Shown: positions 58,362-64,000 of the stretch, in pieces
Layout of the letters: every line of letters begins with the position of its first letter
Position numbering within the stretch: the first letter of the stretch is position 1
NCBI GenBank assembly: GCA_031409275.1
Contig: JANNXA010000055.1
Coordinates: 64,001-128,000 of the forward strand
Length of the DNA stretch: 64,000 nucleotides
Origin: Planctomycetota bacterium
Lineage (GTDB): Bacteria > Planctomycetota > B15-G4 > SIAN01
Reading direction: 5' to 3'
The notes under the pieces: generated by a model
The model's database searches: none
What the model saw: only the letters and a program-made list of their open reading frames with translations
What the model was told of the DNA's origin: nothing
Translations under genes and position numbers: made by a program

Positions 58362-60122
58362 GTGCCTTCCCGCCGCGCCTCGCTCGCGCCGTTCCGCCAT
58401 GCATGGCCGCACTTGTGGCGACATCGCCGCAGCCTCCTGGTCGGAGCGGCGTGCCTGCTGCCGTCGACCGGGTTCGACCTGCTGATCCCCTGGATCTGGA
58501 AGCAGGGACTCGACAGCGCCATCGCCCGCACCGCGACGGGCGGCCGCCTGCTTGCCGTCGGAGTTGGCGCCGTCGGCCTCGGGCTCGCGTCGGGGTCGCT
58601 CAAGTACCTGATGCGCAAACGGCTGGTCGGCGCGAGCCGCGACTTCGAGCGCGACCTGCGCCTCGCCCTCCACGAGAAGCTGCTCACGCTGCCGGCGCGT
58701 TGGTTCGCCCGCTCGACCGTCGGCGACATCACCTCCCGCCTCTCGCAGGACATCGAAGCGGTCCGCATGGCGCTCGGGCCCGGCTCGATGTACGTGCTTT
58801 CTGCGGTCGTCACCGTGATCGCGTCGTTCACCGCGATGGTGCTGGTCGATCCGTGGCTGACACTCTGCCTCGCGACCCCGTTGGTGCTGCTCGGCAGCGC
58901 CGCGCTGTGGATCGCTCCGCGGCTCGGACACGCCTCCGACGCCGTGCAGGAAGCGATCGGCAAGATCTCTTCGGCCTCGACGGAGAGCTTCGCCGGCGTG
59001 CGGGTGCTCAAGGCATTCTGCGGCGAAGAGCGGCAGCTTGGCCGCATGGAGCAGCTGTCGCGCCGCTACTTCGATGCCCAGCTCAAGCTGGCGCGAGCGC
59101 GCGGCGGAATGATGGCGCTGCTCTACCTGGTGAAGGACGCGTCGCTCTTCGTCATCCTGCTGGTGGGCGGCCTCTCGATCGGCGCCGGCCACGCCACGGT
59201 CGGCGACCTCATCCTGTTTCGCGATTGGCTGCTCTCGTGCTTCTGGCCGCTGGTCACGTTCGGCTGGATCGTCTCGATGGTCCAGCGCGCCGCGGCCGGG
59301 ATGCGCCGCATCGCCGACGTCTTCGAGGCGCCGACGCTGCCCGCGCCAGCGCACCCGCGCGAGCTCCCGGCCGATGGTCCGCTCGCGCTCGAGTGGAGCC
59401 ACGTCACCGTCGAGGGCGAAGGTCGCCGGCTGCTCGACGACGTCTCGCTGGCGGTCCCCGCCGGCGGATCGCTCGGCATCACTGGACGCACCGGCGCCGG
59501 CAAGAGCCTGTTGCTGCAGCTGGTGCCGCGCCTCTTCGACCCCGACGGCGGCGCCATCCTGGTCGGCGGCATCGATGCGCGCGAACTCGACGTCAACGCA
59601 CTGCGCGGCCGGCTCGCGGCGGTCACGCAGGAGCCATTCCTGTTCGCCGAGTCGCTGCGCGACAACCTCCGCTTCGGCCGCCCCGACGCCGACGACACCG
59701 CGATCGATGCGGCCACTCGGCGCGCCGGGCTCGCCGACGAGATCGCGAGCTTTCCGGCAGGCCTTGACACGCGGATCGGCGAGCGCGGGGTCACGCTTTC
59801 CGGCGGTCAGCGACAGCGCGCCACGCTCGCGCGCGCGCTGCTGCGCGGCGGAGCGCTCCTGCTCATCGATGACGGCTTCTCGGCGGTCGATGCGGAGACC
59901 GAGGCGAAGGTCCTGTCGGAACTGCGGGTCGCAAGCGGCGGCGCCACCACGGTCGTCGTGTCGCATCGAGTCGCGGCGCTGCGCGGCCAGGATCGCGTCG
60001 CGGTGATCGAGGATGGTCGCCTCGTCGAATACGGTCCGCCCGCCGAACTGCTCGCGCGTGGAGGCGCCTACGCGCGACTCGCGCGCGACCAGCAGCTCCT
60101 CGAGGAGCTCGAGACGCTGTGA
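58362..60122 (+). CDS. ABC exporter ATP-binding/permease subunit (degenerate Walker B)
   Basis: TM domain; GRTGAGKS, LSGGQRQR and LLLIDDG. Confidence 0.92.
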   Translation: MPSRRASLAPFRHAWPHLWRHRRSLLVGAACLLPSTGFDLLIPWIWKQGLDSAIARTATGGRLLAVGVGAVGLGLASGSLKYLMRKRLVGASRDFERDLRLALHEKLLTLPARWFARSTVGDITSRLSQDIEAVRMALGPGSMYVLSAVVTVIASFTAMVLVDPWLTLCLATPLVLLGSAALWIAPRLGHASDAVQEAIGKISSASTESFAGVRVLKAFCGEERQLGRMEQLSRRYFDAQLKLARARGGMMALLYLVKDASLFVILLVGGLSIGAGHATVGDLILFRDWLLSCFWPLVTFGWIVSMVQRAAAGMRRIADVFEAPTLPAPAHPRELPADGPLALEWSHVTVEGEGRRLLDDVSLAVPAGGSLGITGRTGAGKSLLLQLVPRLFDPDGGAILVGGIDARELDVNALRGRLAAVTQEPFLFAESLRDNLRFGRPDADDTAIDAATRRAGLADEIASFPAGLDTRIGERGVTLSGGQRQRATLARALLRGGALLLIDDGFSAVDAETEAKVLSELRVASGGATTVVVSHRVAALRGQDRVAVIEDGRLVEYGPPAELLARGGAYARLARDQQLLEELETL

Positions 60123-61906
60123 CGTCATCCGACGACGACGCCCCACCGCCGCCCGGACTCGATCGCCGCCTGCTGGCGCGACTGTGGTCGATCCTGCGGC
60201 CGCATCGACGTCAGCTCGCGATCGGCATCGCCCTGCTCCTGCTCGGTCGCGCCTGCGACTGGGTCGGACCGTTGCTGATCGAGCGCGCCATCGACGGCCC
60301 GCTGGCGGGCGGGACGGCCGCGCGCGAAGGTCTCTTCGCCGGCGCTGCCGCGCGCGCGCTGTGGCTGCTCGCCGCTGCCTATCTCGGGGCGGCGCTGCTC
60401 GGCGCGTTGGTGCGCTACCTGCAGGCGATCGTGCTCACTCGACTCGGCCAGGCCACGACCTCCGACGTGCGTCGCGACCTGTTCGGCCACCTGCTGCGGT
60501 TGCCGCTGCCGTGGTTCGACAAGAAGCCGGTGGGCGAGCTCGTCACGCGGATGACCGCCGACGTCGAGAACCTCGTCGAACTCTTCTCCACCGGCGCCGC
60601 TGCGTTGCTGCTCGATCCGCTCTGGATCGTCGTCGTGATCACCACGCTCTTCACCCTCGATTGGCGGCTCGCGGCGATCACGCTGGCGGGTCTGCCGCTC
60701 TTCGTGTTCGCATCGATCCGTTTCCGCCAGAAGGCGCGCGCGGCCTATCGCGACACGCGGCGCGCGATCGCGCAGAACGCCGCGTTCCTGCAGGAGTCGA
60801 TCGCTGGCGTGCGCGTCACGCAGCTCTTCGTGCAACAGGAACGGATGCAGGCGCGCGCGGCGACCGTCGCTGCCACGCTGCGCGATGCGTGGCAGGTCAC
60901 GGTCCACCAGTTCGCGCTCTTCTTCGCCGGCGTCGACTGGCTGGCGCTGCTGGTGCGCGCGCTGCTCTTTGCAGCCGGCGCGGCCTGGGTCGCCGACGGG
61001 TCGCTTTCACCCGGGACGCTCGTGCGCGCGTGGATCTGCCTCGGATTCCTGTTCGAGCCGCTGCGCGAACTCGCCGAGCGCTGGAACGTGCTGCAGTCGG
61101 CGCTGGTCGCCACCGAGCGCATCGCGCGAATCCTCGATGAGCCGGTCGAGGCAACGGGCACGCAGCCGCATCTCCATCGCGGCGGGATCGAGTTCGATGG
61201 CGTCAGCTTCGGCTACGGCGACGGCCCGCCGGTGCTGCACGACGTCTCGTTCACGGTCGCCCCCGGCCAGCTCGTCGCGTTCGTTGGCGCGACGGGAGCG
61301 GGCAAGAGCACGCTCATGAACCTGCTGCTGCGTGCGTACCCGCGCCGTGAGGGCGCGATTCGGATCGACGGCATCGATCAGGATCTGCTGACGCTGCACG
61401 CGCTGCGCAGCGGCATCGGAGTCGTCCCTCAAGACGTCTTCCTGTTCGCCGACACCATCCTCGAGAACGTGCGGCTGTTCGACCCAACCATCGACGAGGC
61501 GGCGGTGCAGCGCGCCTGCGTCGCCGTCGGCGCCGACCGCTTCATCGAGCGGCTCCCCCTGCGCTACGCGACGCCGCTGGCGGAACGTGGACACAACCTG
61601 AGCGCCGGCGAGCGCCAGTTGCTGGCGTTCGCGCGCGCGCTGGTCCGCGACCCGCGCGTGATGATCCTCGACGAAGCGACGAGCTCCGTCGACACGCAGA
61701 CGGAGCGGCAACTGCAGGACGCGCTCGAGCGGATGCTGGCCGGGCGCACCGCGCTGGTGATCGCGCACCGTCTTTCGACGATTCGCCGGGCCGACCGCAT
61801 CATCGTGCTGCACCACGGGCGCATTCGCGAGAGCGGCACGCACGCCGAACTGCTGGCGCAGAACGGCATCTACGCGCGGCTGCACCTGCTGCACCACTCG
61901 GCGTGA
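60119..61906 (+). CDS. ABC exporter ATP-binding/permease subunit
   Basis: GATGAGKS, LSAGERQ, ILDEATS and IAHRLST. Confidence 0.93.
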   Translation: MTSSDDDAPPPPGLDRRLLARLWSILRPHRRQLAIGIALLLLGRACDWVGPLLIERAIDGPLAGGTAAREGLFAGAAARALWLLAAAYLGAALLGALVRYLQAIVLTRLGQATTSDVRRDLFGHLLRLPLPWFDKKPVGELVTRMTADVENLVELFSTGAAALLLDPLWIVVVITTLFTLDWRLAAITLAGLPLFVFASIRFRQKARAAYRDTRRAIAQNAAFLQESIAGVRVTQLFVQQERMQARAATVAATLRDAWQVTVHQFALFFAGVDWLALLVRALLFAAGAAWVADGSLSPGTLVRAWICLGFLFEPLRELAERWNVLQSALVATERIARILDEPVEATGTQPHLHRGGIEFDGVSFGYGDGPPVLHDVSFTVAPGQLVAFVGATGAGKSTLMNLLLRAYPRREGAIRIDGIDQDLLTLHALRSGIGVVPQDVFLFADTILENVRLFDPTIDEAAVQRACVAVGADRFIERLPLRYATPLAERGHNLSAGERQLLAFARALVRDPRVMILDEATSSVDTQTERQLQDALERMLAGRTALVIAHRLSTIRRADRIIVLHHGRIRESGTHAELLAQNGIYARLHLLHHSA

Positions 61907-61955
61907 TCGCCGGGTGCGAGGTCGGCATCGGACTGCCGTGCGCGACCCGAGCGGA

Positions 61956-62032
61956 TGGTGACCCCAACGGGATTTGAACCCGTGTTACCGCCTTGAAAGG
62001 GCGATGTCCTAGCCAGGCTGGACGATGGGGCC
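61956..62032 (-). tRNA. tRNA-Glu (TTC)
   Basis: GGCCCCATCGTCCAGCCTGGCTAGGACATCGCCCTTTCAAGGCGGTAACACGGGTTCAAATCCCGTTGGGGTCACCA. Confidence 0.97.
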
Positions 62033-62144
62033 ATTTGCGTGCGTTCGAACGATCCGAAGCGGGGCGGGATTGTAGCGCGGCCGTGACCGACGCGTCGCGA
62101 TTGCCTTCGAGCGCCGCGATCGGTCGATCACCCCCGGCCGAAGA

Positions 62145-62220
62145 TGGTGGGGGCGCCGGGGATCGAACCCGGGACCTCCGGATTAAAAATCCGCTGCTCT
62201 ACCAGCTGAGCTACGCCCCC
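62145..62220 (-). tRNA. tRNA-Lys (TTT)
   Basis: GGGGGCGTAGCTCAGCTGGTAGAGCAGCGGATTTTTAATCCGGAGGTCCCGGGTTCGATCCCCGGCGCCCCCACCA. Confidence 0.96.
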
Positions 62221-62259
62221 ATCTCCGGATGCGCGGCCCGCCGAACCGGCCCGCGTACG

Positions 62260-62808
62260 TCAAGTTTCCATGATCTCTTTGGTCTTCGCGGCGAGCGACT
62301 TCTCGACGTCGCCTTCGTGCTGTTTGAGGAGGCTCTGGACGACCTCCTTGGCTTTCGCGCGCTGGTCGTCCGTCAGCTCTTTCGCCTCGTCGAGGTGCTT
62401 GTTGGCGTCGCGGCGGCTGTTGCGCAGCGCGATCTTGGTCACCTCGGCCATCTCCTTCAGCCGCGCGCCGAGCTTCTTGCGCTGCTCTTCGGAGAGCATC
62501 GGAACCGTCAGTCGCAGCAGCTTGCCGTCGTTCTGCGGGTTGATTCCGAGGTTGCTGGCCTGGATCGCCTTCTCGATCTCCTTCAGCGCGGAGGCATCGA
62601 ACGGCTTGATCGCGATCTGACGCGGCTCGGGGATCTGGATCTGCGCGAGCTGCGAGATGGGCGTCGGATTGCCGTAGTAGTCGACGCGGATGTTCTCGAC
62701 GAGGGCCGCCGAGGCGCGGCCCGACCGCAAGCCGCGGAACTCGCCGGCGAGGTGATCGACCGAGGCCTTCATCTTGGTGCGGGCGTCGACGACGCTCTTG
62801 TGGTCCAT
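62260..62808 (-). CDS. frr: Ribosome recycling factor
   Basis: LRSGRAS, VDYYG, LGINPQNDG and LSEEQRK. Confidence 0.97.
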   Translation of the reverse strand: MDHKSVVDARTKMKASVDHLAGEFRGLRSGRASAALVENIRVDYYGNPTPISQLAQIQIPEPRQIAIKPFDASALKEIEKAIQASNLGINPQNDGKLLRLTVPMLSEEQRKKLGARLKEMAEVTKIALRNSRRDANKHLDEAKELTDDQRAKAKEVVQSLLKQHEGDVEKSLAAKTKEIMET

Positions 62809-62866
62809 CGTGCATCCTCCCCAGCGCGGCGCAAGGCCACGCCCCGTGAAACGGCGCGCTACCTGA

Positions 62867-63580
62867 TCAGTGGATGAGCGTCCCGATCCGCTCCCCCTGC
62901 AGCACGCGCATCAAGTTGCCGCGCACGTGCAGGTCGAACACGCAGATCGGGATGCGCTTCTCCTCGCAGAGCACGACCGCCGCCGTGTCCATGACCTTCA
63001 GATTGCGCTCGACCACCTCGCGATAGCCGATCTGCTCGAACCGCACGGCGGATTTGTCGGCCTTCGGATCGGCCGAGTAGACGCCGTCGACCTGCGTCGC
63101 CTTCAACAAGATGTCGGCGCCGATCTCGCAGGCGCGCAAAGCGGCCGCGGTGTCGGTGCTGAAGAACGGGTTGCCGGTGCCGGCGACCAGGATCACCACG
63201 CGCTGCTTCTCGAGGTGTCGCAGGCAGCGTCGACGAATGAACGGTTCGCAGAAGTCGGCGATGGTCACCGCCGACTGCACCCGCGTATCGATCCCCTTCT
63301 GTTCGAGCGTGTCCTGGAGCGCCAGCCCGTTCATGGCCGTCGCGAGCATCCCCATCTGATCGGCGACGGCCCGATTGATGCCCGACAGCTTGCTGCCGCG
63401 CAGGTAGTTGCCGCCGCCGACGACGATCGCGATCTGCTTGCCAAGCGCGAGCAGTTCGCGCAGGTCGTTCGCCAGCGCGTCCACGATGGCGGGATCGAGC
63501 TTGCCGTCCTTGCCGGCAAGCCCTTCCCCGGAGAGCTTCAGCAGCGCGCGGCCGTAGCCGCCCGTCGCGTTTGCCGTCAC
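62867..63580 (-). CDS. pyrH: UMP kinase
   Basis: LLKLSGE, VGGGN, DQMGMLAT and GNPFFSTD. Confidence 0.97.
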   Translation of the reverse strand: MTANATGGYGRALLKLSGEGLAGKDGKLDPAIVDALANDLRELLALGKQIAIVVGGGNYLRGSKLSGINRAVADQMGMLATAMNGLALQDTLEQKGIDTRVQSAVTIADFCEPFIRRRCLRHLEKQRVVILVAGTGNPFFSTDTAAALRACEIGADILLKATQVDGVYSADPKADKSAVRFEQIGYREVVERNLKVMDTAAVVLCEEKRIPICVFDLHVRGNLMRVLQGERIGTLIH

Positions 63581-64000
63581 TCGCCGACCTCGATGCGCGC
63601 GAAGCGGCGAATCGTGATGTTCTCGCCCGTCGACGAGATCAGGTCCTTGCGCAGGTCCTCGACCCGGCGCTTGTCATCCATGATCCACGGCTGCTCGAGC
63701 AGGCAGTGCTGCGCGTAGAACTTCTGCAGGCGCCCCTCGATGATCTTGGCGCGCGCCGCTTCCGGCTTCTTCGCCATCTCCTCGGAGCTCTCGGCGAGGA
63801 TCATCGCCTTCTCCTTCTCCACCGCCTCGGCCGGCACGTCCTCCTTGCGGACCCACTGCGGCTTGGAGGCCGCGACGTGCATCGCCAGCGAGCGCGCGAA
63901 CTCCTTGAACTTGTCATTGCGCGCGACGAAGTCGGTCTCGCAGTTGACCTCCACGATGACGGCCTTGCGCCCATCGTGATGGAGGTAGTGACCGATGCCG
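63577..64000 (-). CDS. tsf: Elongation factor Ts, C-terminal part (5' end beyond the window)
   Basis: EVNCETDFVARN, AMHVAA, KIIEGR and GENITIRRFAR. Confidence 0.96.
   Translation of the reverse strand, partial: GIGHYLHHDGRKAVIVEVNCETDFVARNDKFKEFARSLAMHVAASKPQWVRKEDVPAEAVEKEKAMILAESSEEMAKKPEAARAKIIEGRLQKFYAQHCLLEQPWIMDDKRRVEDLRKDLISSTGENITIRRFARIEVGE

Noticed and set aside
58362..61906. Degenerate Walker B (DD) in the first ABC subunit
   Set aside because: Normal feature of heterodimeric ABC exporters with one degenerate site.

Overview
High-GC bacterial chromosome segment, probably Planctomycetota (inferred from a DUF1580-like gene, a secreted prenyltransferase-repeat protein and a TolB-like repeat protein; not verified). 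Bases 1 to about 30,795 form an accessory island that ends at the 3' end of tRNA-Asn(GTT). It carries: (1) a class I DISARM operon (drmD, drmMI, and drmA running off the left edge); (2) a ParB-methylase, terS, terL(GpA-type) module followed by a lambda-like cos candidate, with no portal, capsid or tail genes seen in the window; (3) an excisionase-like HTH, a primase-helicase, an iteron origin, DUF2924 and a large serine recombinase; (4) a three-cassette integron array (attI-like site plus two attC sites) with no intI nearby, holding candidate defence genes; (5) assorted cargo. Bases 30,796-64,000 are core chromosome (accD, rpe, pgk, gap, tilS, yggS, purN, typA, gdh, radical SAM, ABC exporters, frr, pyrH, tsf, four tRNAs), with two apparent pseudo-enzymes. 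The most novel candidate is a capsid-less, satellite-like element that encodes a complete terminase and cos site and lies next to defence cargo. All protein calls come from motif recognition by eye; no database searches were run.
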